A stretch of DNA of 64,000 nucleotides. It comes from Narcine bancroftii. Its lineage: Eukaryota. Below are positions 37,762 to 50,389 of the stretch, piece after piece. The translations under genes and the position numbers were made by a program. The stretch's first letter is position 1. Every line of letters begins with the position of its first letter. Below the pieces are notes generated by a model, which saw only the letters and a list, made by a program, of their open reading frames with translations, made no database searches and was not told the DNA's origin. The stretch spans positions 192,820,001-192,884,000 of the forward strand of contig NC_091470.1 in NCBI RefSeq assembly GCF_036971445.1, written 5' to 3'.

Positions 37762-38484
37762 CTGCACTGGGACAGGCAGAGGGTGTGGGAGGGGGGGGTT
37801 GAGGGAGGGATGAGGGTGAGAGTGGGAGAAGGGATAGGGAAATGGGAAAAGGGATAGGGGAGGAGGAGAGGGACATCAAAATTTGGTGAGAAAAAAGGGG
37901 GGACAGAGGCAGTGGGTGAGAGGGGGAGGAAGGGGGAGAGATGGGAGGAGGAGTGAAATGGGGAGAGGAAGAAAAGGAGAGGGGGTGAGAGAGGCAGGTG
38001 TGAAAGGGAGAGGGGGTAGAGGGAGAGGATGCGAGGGAGGGGAGAGGGGTAGGGAAATAGGGTTAGAGAAAGTGAGAGAAAAAAGGTGTGAGAGAATGGG
38101 GAGGGAGAGAGGGAAGGGGCTGAGAAAGATGGTGGAGGGAGAAGCAACAGGGATGGCAGGGGAGAGGGCTAGGAAGGAATGGAAAGGGATAGGAATGAGG
38201 GAGGGAGGAACAATAGGGATGCCAGGTGAGAGGGGATAGATTGTAGGAAAGCGAGAGAGTTGGGAAGAGAGAATAAACAGAAAGCATTAGAAGGAATAAA
38301 TGGGTTCTTTCAGTTTGGGAAGCTGTAACTGTGAGTGCATCAGGCTTCAGTGTTAGGTCACAGGTATTAGTGCTGGAGCCCTAGGGTTCAGTGCTGGGAC
38401 CCACGGATAAGTGCCAAGGACCCAGGGATCAGTCCGAGGATCCAGGGATCATGCCAAGGACCCAGGGATCAGTGCTGGGACCCC

Positions 38485-39723
38485 TGGGAGAATGCCACTG
38501 TCTGGAAGTCAATCCTCCTAGCTCTCCGGTCGAAAGGCCTGCCCATCTCCCAGGAGCAGGAAATCCTCCCCAAGGCACTCCACGCCACCAGATCCCTCCC
38601 CTGTACTGCTGCACCACATGAAAGGCTCTTTTCCTTCCCCCGGAAGTCGGCGTCAGGAACAACACTTCCACCCTGACTAACAACAAGACTAATCTTCTGG
38701 TCGAGAAGGTCCACCTCCTCCATGCAAACCCCCAGTACACTTATGTGGAGTACCTGGATGGGTGGCAAGACACGGTATCTATCCCCTCTCACCTGCCATC
38801 CCTATTGTTCCTCCCTCTGTCATTCCTCTCCCGTTCCTTCCTACCCCTCTCCCCTGCCATCCCTGATGCTTCTCCCTCAACCTCTGCCCTCATCTTTCTC
38901 AGCCCCTTCCCTCTCTCACTCCCCATCCTCTCACAACTTTTTCCCCTCTCCCTTTCTCTATCCCCATTTCCCTACCCCTCCCTCACATCCTCTCCCTCTA
39001 CCCCCTCCCCCTTTCACACCTGCCTCTCTCACCCCCTCCTTTTCTTCTCCCCATTTCACTCCCCCTCCCACCTCTCCCCCTTCCTCCCTCTCTCACCCAC
39101 TGCCTCACCAAATTTTGATATCCCTCTCCTCCCCTCCCCCTCACCACTACCCCCTCTCCCTTTTCCCATTTCCCTACCCTTCTCATCCCTTCTCCCATCC
39201 CCTCTCTCACCCTCATCCCTCCCTCAACCACCCCCCTGCCTGTCCCTGGTCATGCAGGGGACCCCTCGACCAAGCAATCAGCATCCCCTCACCCGACCAC
39301 TGCTGGCGCCCTGCCCCAACCCCAGACCATGCAACCCCACAGCCCTATTAACCACCCCTCAGCCACCAGAGACACAGCCTGTCGCACAAAACAGCAGCTG
39401 AGCCACAGCAAGCCCTGCGATGGTCACAATGACAGAAGAGACCACCGGACAGGCTGAACCTGTAATGAACATTGATTCACTTCACCCCGCTGGACTCTGT
39501 TTAAAAGGGGTGAATGTAGTGGAACCTCTGTATGTACTGGCCCACCCCTGCACCAGTAACTCCTTCCCTCAGAATCCCCATATAGGCTGATACGCCCAAA
39601 CCCCTCCCTCAGTACCTGCCTTGGAACCAAGCCAGCAACATGCGAGACGTGCTGATGTCTTATGGTGATTAAAGCCTCTTTAAGACAACTTTCAGTCTAA
39701 TGTGGTTGATCAATAGCCCTACA
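38485..39723 (+). mobile_element. Gypsy-type LTR retrotransposon 3' relic (integrase C-terminus, polypurine tract, 3' LTR 39515-39723)
   Basis: NATVWKSILLALRSKGLP...PHERLFSFPRKS...LVEKVHLLHANPQYTYVEYLDGWQDTVSI; aaaaggggtgaa tract followed by TGT...ACA with ATTAAA. Confidence 0.8.
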
Positions 39724-40214
39724 GTCATATGGTGTGGTAACAGGCCATTTTGGCCCATGAGCCTGTGCCACCCAATTGACAACACCCCCAGTACACTTCG
39801 AATGGTGGGAGGAAACCTGAGCACCCGGGGAGAATGTACCAGTGCCTTACAGACAGCGTGGGATTTGAACCTGATCGCTGGCACTGTAACAGCTTGGTAC
39901 TGGCCACTATGCCAATCTTGCAGCCCTATATGTTGGTTTCTGTTTTATTTACTGGGCAGGAGCTTTCACAACAGGCAGGACAGTTAGTACAATGCTGTTA
40001 CAGCACCCGGTTCGAATCCCATGCTGTTTTCCTCCGGGATCTGCGGTTTCCTCCCGCCATTCAAAACGTACCAGGGGTTGTAGGTTAATTGGGTGTAATC
40101 GGTTGGAATGGGCTCGTGGGCCGAAAAGGCCTGTTACTGAGCTGTATGTCTAATTTTTAAAAAATTTAGAACCCAATGCCATCAACGTTCTGGGGAAATA
40201 TACAAGTAACATAC

Positions 40215-40294
40215 GTCACAAATGGTATGAAATTCTCATTCTCCTCTTTACAGCTTTCGTGAAGGCTCCAGGGTGTTTTAAAGTGCTGAGTCAT
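40215..40294 (-). CDS. INCA1: INCA1-like coding exon 1 (MTQHFKTPWSLHESCKEENENFIPFVT)
   Basis: Acceptor ccaagcag at 40300, ATG at 40294, GTATGT donor in phase 2; NFIPFVT resembles human NLIPFAK. Confidence 0.7.
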
Positions 40295-40792
40295 CAGAGC
40301 TGCTTGGAGAAAGATCAAACAAATTACCACAACAGAACTGCATTCACCAATTACAAAGAGGCAAGGATGGAGACAGAGGGAACAGGTCAGCGTGAGAGGA
40401 AAGAGAGAGGGATGAGACAGATTTGTTTTTTACACAGCCAATTTCCCAGAACGCAGTCCGTGTTAAAAGATTGGAATGGGAATAAGGGACTCATTTCTGT
40501 TCTGACATTTTACCTCCTCGACCCCTAGTTATTTTGATGGGTTGCCTGAGGTCGAAACTGAACTGCAGGTGACCTGTGAACCATGGGTTAATGAATAGGA
40601 TGTCCAGCCTCCTTAAATGCAGCGCTACTGTCTGAACTCGCTGTGTGATACGGATATTTGGAGCTTTGGTCGTTCCTTAGTGATGGCCGCTCCAGAAGGT
40701 AGGGAGATGGAAAAATAATCACGCAAACTCTATGTAAAAAACATATCAGAGAGGGAGGTCAGATGAACAGGACACAGAGAGAGGAAGAGAGA

Positions 40793-41230
40793 TGTAGCGC
40801 TATCAAGTAGACCCAACAGACCAGAAGTCAAGATTAACAGGCTTTAATCACTATAAACTTCAGTCATTGCTTACAGGCTGTTGGCCCGATTCCAAGGCAG
40901 TACTGAGAAAGGGGGATTGGTTGATACCTGAGGGGGAGGAGTTACAGTAACGTGGTGCACTGTTAGACAGAATCAGACACACAAGGAAAATCCTGTACAA
41001 CAGGCTTTAATCCACAAAGACTTCCACAGAGTCAGGCTGGCTGTGGCTGCAACAACTCTGTGTGAGGCCGGCGCAGGCTTATAGCCCAGAGGGTGATTGA
41101 CCCCCGACCAGGTGGGGCTTGATCCATTCAAGCCAACTGATTGACAGCCGGCCAGGTGTGGTCCTGTCCCTTTACACTCCTGCAGGTACAGAGGATGCCC
41201 CCTGCAATAGGCCGGTGGTGTACCACCACA
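40793..41230 (-). mobile_element. Probable adjacent or nested solo-LTR remnants
   Basis: Two aacaggctttaatc motifs (ATTAAAGCCT on the minus strand, as in the 39515 LTR) and TGT.../...ACA ends. Confidence 0.5.
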
Positions 41231-41689
41231 ACCACGGGAGAATCAGAAAATCCATGGTTGTTAAACAGAAACATTGTGTTGTCCTTTAGTTGAATACCTT
41301 CCTGTCAATTTTGGATGAATGACAGCCAAAGGAATGGGAAGGGGAAGAGAGGTGAAATTGTGAAAAGTAGGGGAGATAGGAGGGGGAGAAACAACAGAAT
41401 AATTAGGACCAGCAAGTCGATCGAGGGTAAGGAAAAAAGCAAAGATTGGCAGTGGAGGAATGAATCAGATGAAAGTCTGCAGATGCTGTGAAAACACCGA
41501 AACGCTGGAGGAACTCACCTGGTCTCGCAGCGTCCATAGGAGGTAAAGATACTGCCGAGAGTTTTGTCTCCCGGGATGGAAGACAGAGAGATCAAAGAAG
41601 GGAAGTGTGCTGCTAGAGATGGACGCTCGAGACTGGCTGAGACCCTCCAGCATTGTTGTGCTTTAACACAGAACAAGGGGAAGGGGGAA

Positions 41690-42415
41690 ATTGCAAATGA
41701 AACACAATGTCGGAAAGTGTACGGTCATGCACTTTGGTAGAAGGACAGACTATTTTTTTAAATGGGGAGAAAATTGAAAATCCCCAGATACAAATGCAAT
41801 GCTGGCGTTCAGTTCAAGGGGAATAGGATATAAGGGCAGGGATGTGATGTTGAGGCTTTATAAGGCCCTGGGGAGATCTCACGTGGAGGATTGTGAGCAG
41901 TTTTGGGCTTCTAATTTAAGAAAGGATGTGCTGACGTTGGAGAGGGTTCAGAGGAGGTTCACTTTCTGGGAATGAAAGGGTTATTATATGAGGAGTGTTT
42001 GACAGCTCTTGGCCTGGATGTTGGAATTTCGGAGAATGAAGGGGGAGGGGGTCTCATTGGAAGATTTTGAATGTTGAAAAGCATTGACAAGAGTAAATGT
42101 AGTAAGGTTTCCCAAGGTGGGAGGGTCTAGGACACGAAAGAGGGCAGAACTCCACGATCGAAGAGTGTCCGCTGAGAAACGTGTAGGAATTTCTTCAGCC
42201 AGGGGGTGGTGAACCTGTGGAATTTGTTGCCAGGGGCAATTGTGGAGCCAGGTCATTGGGTTGATTTAAGGCAGAGATTGATATGTTCTTGATTAGACAG
42301 GGCATCAAAGGTTAAGGGGATAAGGCCAGGCAGCAGGGAAATAGCTCAGCTTATGATTAAATGGTGGGGCAGACTTGATGGGCTGAATGGCCTGTTTCTG
42401 CTCCTATGTCTCATG
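41690..42415 (+). mobile_element. CR1-type LINE 3' fragment
   Basis: Decayed LRLYKALxR, LRKDVLTLERVQRRFT and a typical gggctgaatggcctg tail. Confidence 0.75.
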
Positions 42416-42847
42416 CGCTATTGAAAAAAAGCTGAGGGAAAGAGGCAGAGAACCCCTGCCCTTACACTGCTCCCGCACAGATGGACCATGAGATGAGTAA
42501 GAGGAAGGAGTGAGACCTGGTTTCTTGCACAGAGCAGTTGCCAGCAGTCTGACTCAGGATCAGCACTTCCTTAATCTTTATTAACAGGAAGGGCCTGAGG
42601 TGTATGGCCCAGCAATCTGCAAATGACTCAAAATTTCAAGGCTGAGTGAGCAATGAGGCAGAGATGAATCAGGTCTGTGGAAGGGCTCTGGGGAGCTGAT
42701 GGGGCTCCAGTTCTTGGCCATACCTGAATAGTGCTGAGTGTGAAAAACGGCAGCACCTTTTAACACTGTCACTGGACCAGGTCTGTGCTGCCAGTGGACA
42801 GGCATGTTCTGCTGGCCACACCAGTGGTCTTCCGTTAACACAGGACC

Positions 42848-42990
42848 CCCCCGACAGGCTGTTTCACCACCCCCTGCCTGAGCTCAGGGTATTGACCGCA
42901 GCCCACCGACAGGCTGTTTCACCGCCCCGTGCCTGAGCTCAGGGAATTGACTGCAGCCCACCGACAGGCTGCTTCACCACCCACTGCCTG
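42848..42990. repeat. ~55-bp tandem repeat, 3 copies
   Basis: ccgacaggctgtttcaccacccc...gcctgagctcaggg repeated. Confidence 0.75.
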
Positions 42991-43644
42991 GGCCAAGGGC
43001 AGTGAACACAGGAGGGAGATGGTCAAACCTCAGGCTGACGGTGCAGCCAGGAGTATGGGTGACTCAGCAACGCACTGACCATTAACCACTCTGCGCCCAC
43101 CCCCACCTACCATGCACAGCACCCAGTGGAGCTCTGGTTGTCCACTGTTCCCCAAAGGTGCTGCAACCAATCAGGAGGCGATAGCAGGATCATAGCTGTG
43201 TCCATTCCCCCTCCACCCCCTCTCTTACCCCACCTACCCCTCTGCTCCTTCTACCTCACCACCCTGCTTCTTGTCCTCACCCCCACCCTCCTCAGACCCG
43301 CACCCCCTCCTCTCTTCATCCTTTCTATCTTCCTCACACCCCTCATCCCACCTGCTCCTCTTCTCCCCCTCACCACCCTCCTTCCTGTTCTCACCCCCAC
43401 CCTCCTAACCCCCCCCACCGCCCTCACATCCCCGCCTCCTCACCCCCCCATCCATTCCCACCTCTTCACTCCTGCCATCCACCTCAACCCCTCCCACCAC
43501 CTCATCCCTCCCATCCTACCGCACCTTCCCCTCAACAACCCTCCCACTCCACAAAACCCTCCCATCCTACCGCACCTTCCCCTCATCATCCCTCTCCTCT
43601 CCTGATCCTCCTCCCCTCCTTCATCCCTCCCTCCACAGCTCCAC

Positions 43645-43870
43645 CTTCCGACCTTCTGCGGAACTGACGCGCGGCCGCTATTCCCGCCCTGTGCGTCACT
43701 TCCGCGGCCAGGGCCGGCGGGCTGTCATTGACGGCGGAGCGGAGCTGTGAGTTCACGCTGAGCGGCGGGTTTGGCCGACACGCCGCAGCCTTCCTGGCCC
43801 ACACAGCGGCCGCAGGGCCCTCCTGCTCCGGGAAATCAGCGCTCCTTCTATTACCGGCGGTTCCGACGGA
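43645..43870 (-). promoter_or_regulatory. INCA1: CpG island: likely INCA1 promoter and non-coding first exon
   Basis: CpG-dense, with TGCGTCACTTCCG (CRE-like plus ETS) and a candidate minus-strand donor GAAG|GTGGAG at 43644. Confidence 0.55.
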
Positions 43871-45529
43871 ATGTGACAAGGAGAAGGCCCCTCACAAACG
43901 GAGAAAGAAGTAAAAGAGGGTCCCCTCAGAGACTGACCATGGAATCACCTCCAGCGCTGGTTACAGGATATTAGATTAAATATGTTAAACACATTATCTA
44001 CCTCAACCTCTGCCTGCTGTCAGCCTTTGAACATTGCCCACTGGCCCCTCACAGAGAAAGAAGCAAAAGCGAGACCCCCTCAGAGACTGACCATGGATTC
44101 AACTCCAGCTCTGGTTACAGGATATTAGATTAAATATGTTATATGGTTACAGGATATTAGATTAAATATGTTAAATATGTTTAACATATTCAACCTCTGC
44201 CTGCTGTCAGCCTTTGAACATTGCCCACTGGCCCCTCACAAACAGAGAAAGAGAAGCAAAAGCAAGACCTCCAAAGAGGATTCACCTCCAGCACTGGTTC
44301 CAGGATGTCAGATTAGAAATATAATCTACTCAATGTACTTCATCTTCCGCCTGCTGCAAGGGAAAGAGAGTTGCCGTGAGCATCGTCCAGCGCCCTAACA
44401 ATAGGAGAAAGAAGCAAAAGTGAGACTCCCTCAGAGACTGCCCGTGGATTCGCCTCCAGCTGTGGTTGCAACATGTTAGATTAAATATGTAATCTAAAGG
44501 GGAAACCCTTGCTCCAGCTTTCTCTCCACCACAATTCTAAGATGCCTCCACACTCCTTTCTTTCCCAGAAAGAAAGAAAAATGTAATATACATGATATGT
44601 TTTCAACTTTTGCCATGCTTAAGGCAAACTAAGAGTTGCCTTGAGCATTGCCTGTTGGAGAAAGAGAAACAAAAACAAGTCCCTTCAGAGTCAGTGAGTG
44701 TCCATGGATTCGCCTCCACTGCTCCCACAGCCTGTTTGATCCATCGGCAACCTGAGCTCCAGGTCCAAACCTCTGATGCGTTTGGGGAGTTTTCAATGCC
44801 TGAAGCCCCTCGGTGCCCTCCTGGACCCGATACCTGGTTCCCATGAGCCCAAGGTTAGAGCCACTCCACTGGTTCCCAGAGAGGGGAGAGGTGCGAACCC
44901 CACAGGGGAGCAGTGGCAGTGAGTGGAGAGCCAATCAGCAAGGCAGAACACAAGGAGCCTGGGCCCTACCGTTCAATAATGTGAAACCAGGAAGTCTGCA
45001 GGTGCTAGGGTAGGCATTTTTATGAGAACTTCAGGATAGTCTCAGCTTGATGAAGGGCTCAGGCCCAAAATGCTGATTATATATCTTTGTCTCCAGGACC
45101 TGCTGAGTTTTCTTTTTATTTAAAAACATATAAACATACAGCATTCCGGCCCTCGAGCCCATGCTGCCCAATTAACCTTCAACCTTGTACATTTTGAACC
45201 ATGGGAGGAAACCCATGCAGATACAGGGAGAACAAACAAACTCTTTGCAGGTAGCTCAGGATTCAAACCCAGGTCCCAATCACTGGTGCTGTAATGATGT
45301 GGCACAGACCACTATGCCAACCTTGCCGCCCTTCCTATTCAATATTGAATCGCTATTCAATGATTCATGGTTGATTTGGCCATGACTACAACTCCCAACT
45401 ACCCACATGTTCTCCACGTGTACCTTGTACAGAAGGATGACTCTGGTGAGGGTAGAACCAATCAGAGATAAAGGTGGGGGGGGGGGGGAGGGGAGGAAAA
45501 TTGTGTGCCTGGATGGGCAAGTCCTTAAT

Positions 45530-47450
45530 TTGAGGTCTTTGCTTCAGTGTTCACCAGGGAGAGGAACCATAGTGAGGTCAGCGTAGAACAGGCTGGAACA
45601 CGTTGAGGTTAAGAAAGTGATGGAGCTTTTGAAAAACGTCCCCTGGGCCAAACTGGATATTCTCCTAACCTGCTTCCACAGGAAGCAAGGGAAGGGGTAG
45701 CTGGGCTGTTGGCGATGATCTTTGCATCCTCCTTGTCTACAGGAGTGGTACTGGTGGATTGGAGAATGGCAAATGTAGTCCCCTTACTCAAGAAAGATAA
45801 TCGGGAGAATCTGGGGACTTGTAAGTGAGTCTTAAGTCAGTAGTGCACAAACTATTAGAGAGGATGCTTAGGGACAGTGTTTGCAAGCATTTGGGGAAGC
45901 ATAGTCTTGTTAGGGATACATCGTGACTTTGTGAGAGGCAGGTCGTGCCTCATGAGCCTAATTGAGATTTTTGAGGTGACAAAAAAAATTGATGAAGGTG
46001 GGGCAGTAGATACCTGACTAAGGAATCCACTGCCCTTTAGTAAGGTACTTGACAAGGTCCTCCATGGGAGACTCATTCAGAAAGTCAGGAGGCATGGGAT
46101 CCATGGCCTTGGCTTTGTTGATTTCGAATGGGCTTGCCTGCAGAAAACAGAGGGTAGTAGCAGATGGAACGTATTCTGCTTGGAGGTCATTGACTAGTAG
46201 AGTTCCTAAGGGATCTGCTCTGGGACCCCTGCTCTTTGTGATTTTTATAAATGGCTTGGATTCGGAAGTGGAGGGGTGAGTCAGTAAGTTTGCAGATGAT
46301 ACAAAGATTGGGGGTGTTGTGGATAGAGTAGAAGGTTGTCAGAGGTTACAACAGAGTTTGGCAGAGAAGTGTGAGGTGATTCTTTGGAACATTGAACTTG
46401 AAGGCGAGTATGTGGTTATTGGTAGGGTTATTGCAGATTGGAGGAACAGGGGGAGCTTGGGGTTCACCCATGGAACCCTCAAGGTTGCTGTGTAAGGGAT
46501 AGGATGGCTAAGAGCTGGCCTTCATTAGTCAGGGGATTAGGTTCAAGAGCTTTTTACATTTTAAAAAAGTTTTGCCATACAACAAAGTGACAGGCCCTTT
46601 CGGCCCACGCTGCCCAAATTACCTAAGTTTTTGACAGGTGGTAGGGAAAACAGCACATAGACACAGGGAGAATGTGCAAACGCCTCATGAACCCGGATTG
46701 GTGGTGCAGTAATAGTGTGGAGCTAACCGCTACACTAACTGCGCCACCATATAAGATAACATTGCAGATCTCTAAAATTCTGGTTGGACCACTCTTGGAG
46801 TATTGCATTCAGTTCTGATCGCCACAGTTTTGGAAGGATGTGGAAGGTGTGGGGAGCGTGCAGAGGGGAGATTTACCAGGATGTTACCTGGATTGGGGAA
46901 GACCTTATGAAGAAAGGTTGAGCCAGAACATGGAACAATACAGCACAGAACAGGCCCTTCGGCCCTCTGTTCTGCCAAGCTATACCTTTCTACTCCATAA
47001 CCCTCTATTTTTATTTCCTCTATGTGCCTGTCTAAGGGTCTCTTCAATGCCCCCCTAATGTTTCCGCCTCCATCCCCTAGCAAGGCATTCCAGGCACCCA
47101 CAGTTCTCTGCATTTAAATAAAAACATTACCCCTGAGGTCTTCCCTCCCTTCACTTTGTACACTTGCTCTCTGGTGTTTGCTACCCTCCCTGGGAAACAG
47201 GTGCTGGCCGTCCACCTTATCTAAGCCTCTCAGAATCTTGTCAACCTCTATCAAGTATCCTCTCATCCTTCTACGCTCCAAAGAGAAAAGTCCCAGTTCT
47301 GCTAACCTCGCCTCATTAGAACTTGTTTTCCAATCCAGGCAACATCCTGGTGAATCTCCTCTGCCCCCTCTCTGCAGCTTCCACATCCTTCCTGTAATGA
47401 GGTGACCAGAACTGAACACAATACTCTTACCAGAGATTTGTTGAGCTTGG
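45530..47450. mobile_element. CR1 RT fragment (+) with an inserted SINE, followed by a CR1 3' end (-)
   Basis: VPKGSALGPLLFVIFIN...SKFADDTKIGG on +; LERRRMRGYLIEVDKI on -. Confidence 0.8.
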
Positions 47451-50389
47451 CATGATAAACGATGAGCTGACTTCAAAGAGATGTGCAGGAGTATATATGA
47501 GGCAGAAACAGGGTTAATACACAAATGCAGTGAAATTAGAAAAGCAACTGGTTTGTTGGCCATTGCTGGAGGATTGTGACTGAGAAAAGATCTCCATAAG
47601 CATTCCCTCGAAATGGAGGATGACTTGCTTCTGGCTGTGGGGGTTCTGAGTCTAACGTGAAGCCTGCAGGCTCTTCCACAGGTGGGTCAGGACTGGCTGG
47701 TGGTGTGCAACCTGTGTGTGTGGAGCGGCTGCATCATGGTCTGGTATGGGGGGGGGGGTGGTTGGGGGGGTGGTGGTGGGGTGGGGCCCTGCAAAAGGTA
47801 GTGGACATCACAGGGCATCACATCCCCTCCCCACCATCAGAGAGCAGCAGCAATCACCACCCAACACCCGCTCTGTTCTCGCTGTTCTAGTGGTCTCGGG
47901 GGCCACAAGACTCACCCCACCAGGTTCAGGAACAGCTGCTTCCCCTCCACCATCAGACTCCTCAATGACAAATTCATTTAAAGACTTTACTATTATTTAT
48001 TACTGAATTTTATTTTGTACTGCACAATCAAATTCAGCCATTCACATTCTTTCTTTTGGAGAGGGCCCATTAGGACTCTGCTCGAAGTTTATGGGCCTCC
48101 CTTCTCTGAGGAACAGTCGTTTAGTTGGTTTCTTCCCTACTTCTACCAACTTTGTAAAAAAGTCAAATTTATTGTCACCTGATTGTACATATTCAACCTG
48201 ACAGAACGGCGTATCTCCAGACCATAGGGCGCGTGCACACACACACACACACCAAAGACATATATTCTGTACAAAATAATATACATAAAAATAATTTACA
48301 GATAGTTTAACAGTCTCAGCACCTACAGGATGAAGCAGTTTCCCAGCCTGGCAGTCTTGGTTTTTATGCTCCTGTGTCTCTTTCTTGATGGTCATGTCTC
48401 AAAGATACTGCGAGCTGCCTTCTCTGTAGATATCATCGACAGCAGGGAGGCCCCAGTGATGCACAATGGGGAGCGTGTTGGTATTTCGGGGTGGTACGGG
48501 AACCGTATTCCACAAGATCGCAGGGCACTCCAGTGGGCGGTGAAAACTGCCCAACGGATTATCGGGCTACCATCGAAAACATCCAATGGGAACGCAGGGC
48601 GAGAAACATCATCAAAGATGCAACACACTCGAATTACAGACTAGTTACTCTTCCATTGGGCAGACACTACAAGAGCCTTCACTCACGCACCAGTAGACTC
48701 AATACTCACATTGTAAACATCAGTACTTTTTAACCGTTTGTTGTAGAATAGTGTGGTTCGTTTTGATTGCGCATTTTATTGTATATAGCACTATTTTTAA
48801 AACCTGGTCGATGCTGGTTGTATTTCATTGGCTGGTTTACTGGTACAATCACAAGAAAGTGAATCGTCATCTCAACTGTTTTAATCACCCTTCATACATC
48901 TAGACCCCGACTTGCGACATTTTGATCAGAATCCATTTTGAATAAAGCTGTCGGGGTCAACCTGTATCAACTTAGTCGCTTTACCTTCGCTGAAAGAAAT
49001 GCTTCCGTCCAATCAGCGCATGCAGATCATGTCCCTCCCCCCCATCCCTAAACATCATCACATCAGTGCTCCTCTTGTAGTGACGTCAAGGACATGTGCT
49101 TTGTTGGACCCAAGGCTGGTTTTTAAAATCAAAGGTGATTTGAAACCCATGCGCAGATTGCCGTTACTGGGGAGGGAGGGAGAGCTTGAAGACGGAGAGA
49201 GATGGCAATCTGTGCGTGCGTTCCAAATCACCACGTAGATTGCGAGGAGATGTTGCTGCTTCTAGTTACCTGGCGCCATCTCAGGCTCCCGGCAGGAGCG
49301 GCTCGGAAAGCTACCTGTACAGGTAGACCCCGGCACGATAATTTCACCTTACAGTGCGAGGCGCGGAACTGAACCCCATCGTGTCGGGCTCTGCCTGTAC
49401 TGATCTCCAATCTGATGCTTTGCAGCTGCCACACCACACTGTGATGCAAATAAGACAGGAAAGTTGACAGACACCATGGTTGAAGTAAAAACACAGCAAA
49501 GATCAAGATAGAGAACCAACGTTTCAGGCCTGAGCCCTTCAGCAAGGTATGGTGCACTCAGCCAGGACAATCTCTATTGTGCTCCTGTAGAACGTAGTAA
49601 GTAGGATGGGGGCTAGTAGTTTTGCCCTCCTCAGCCTCAGGTGGGCGCTGCTACCTCTTCCTGACTAATTAGGATGTGCGGTGGGTGGGTGGGTGCAGGA
49701 TGGGTCAGCCTTTAAATGGATGCATCTGTGGCCTCGATGGGCTGCAGTGAAGACTGAACGGAGGAGCAGTGGGTGTCAGGTGAACCACTTCTGGTGTGAG
49801 CAGAGGCTGAGATGCAACTTACAGTTCCCTCATGTTTCCTTAGGGTAGATGGCCGCTCAGCCCTCTGAGTCTCTGCTAGCTCACAGAGCATTCCCAATCC
49901 CTTGAGTGAAATGCAAAAGTCTGCAGGCACTGGGATTGATATTAAGACACACAGAAACGCTGGAGGAACTCAGCCGGTCTCATCATAACGTCCATAGGAA
50001 GTAAAGATATATTACTGACGTTTTGAGCCTGAGCCCCTTCTTCAAGGTATGAAGGACATTGAAGGGATTAGGCTCCAAACCATCAATTATGTACCTGTAC
50101 TTCTGAAGGACACTGCAAGACTGTCTTCTCCTCCAGCAATTCCTAGTTGATTTCCCTCAAACCTCTCTTTTAAACCCCCGGGGAGAGTGGGCAGGGAAGA
50201 CACAGCGATCCCGTGGGGTCCAACTGGCGTCAGCTCTGTGCAGGCTTTGAATGGCCCATTAAAGGAGCCAACTGTAGTTTTATTTAAAATGCATGAGATC
50301 AGCAGCAGACACAGGGAGTTACAGTCTCCGGGGAAGCAGAGGAGATGACTCACGGGATGGTGACCATGGCAGTGGACCAGTGAGGGGGT

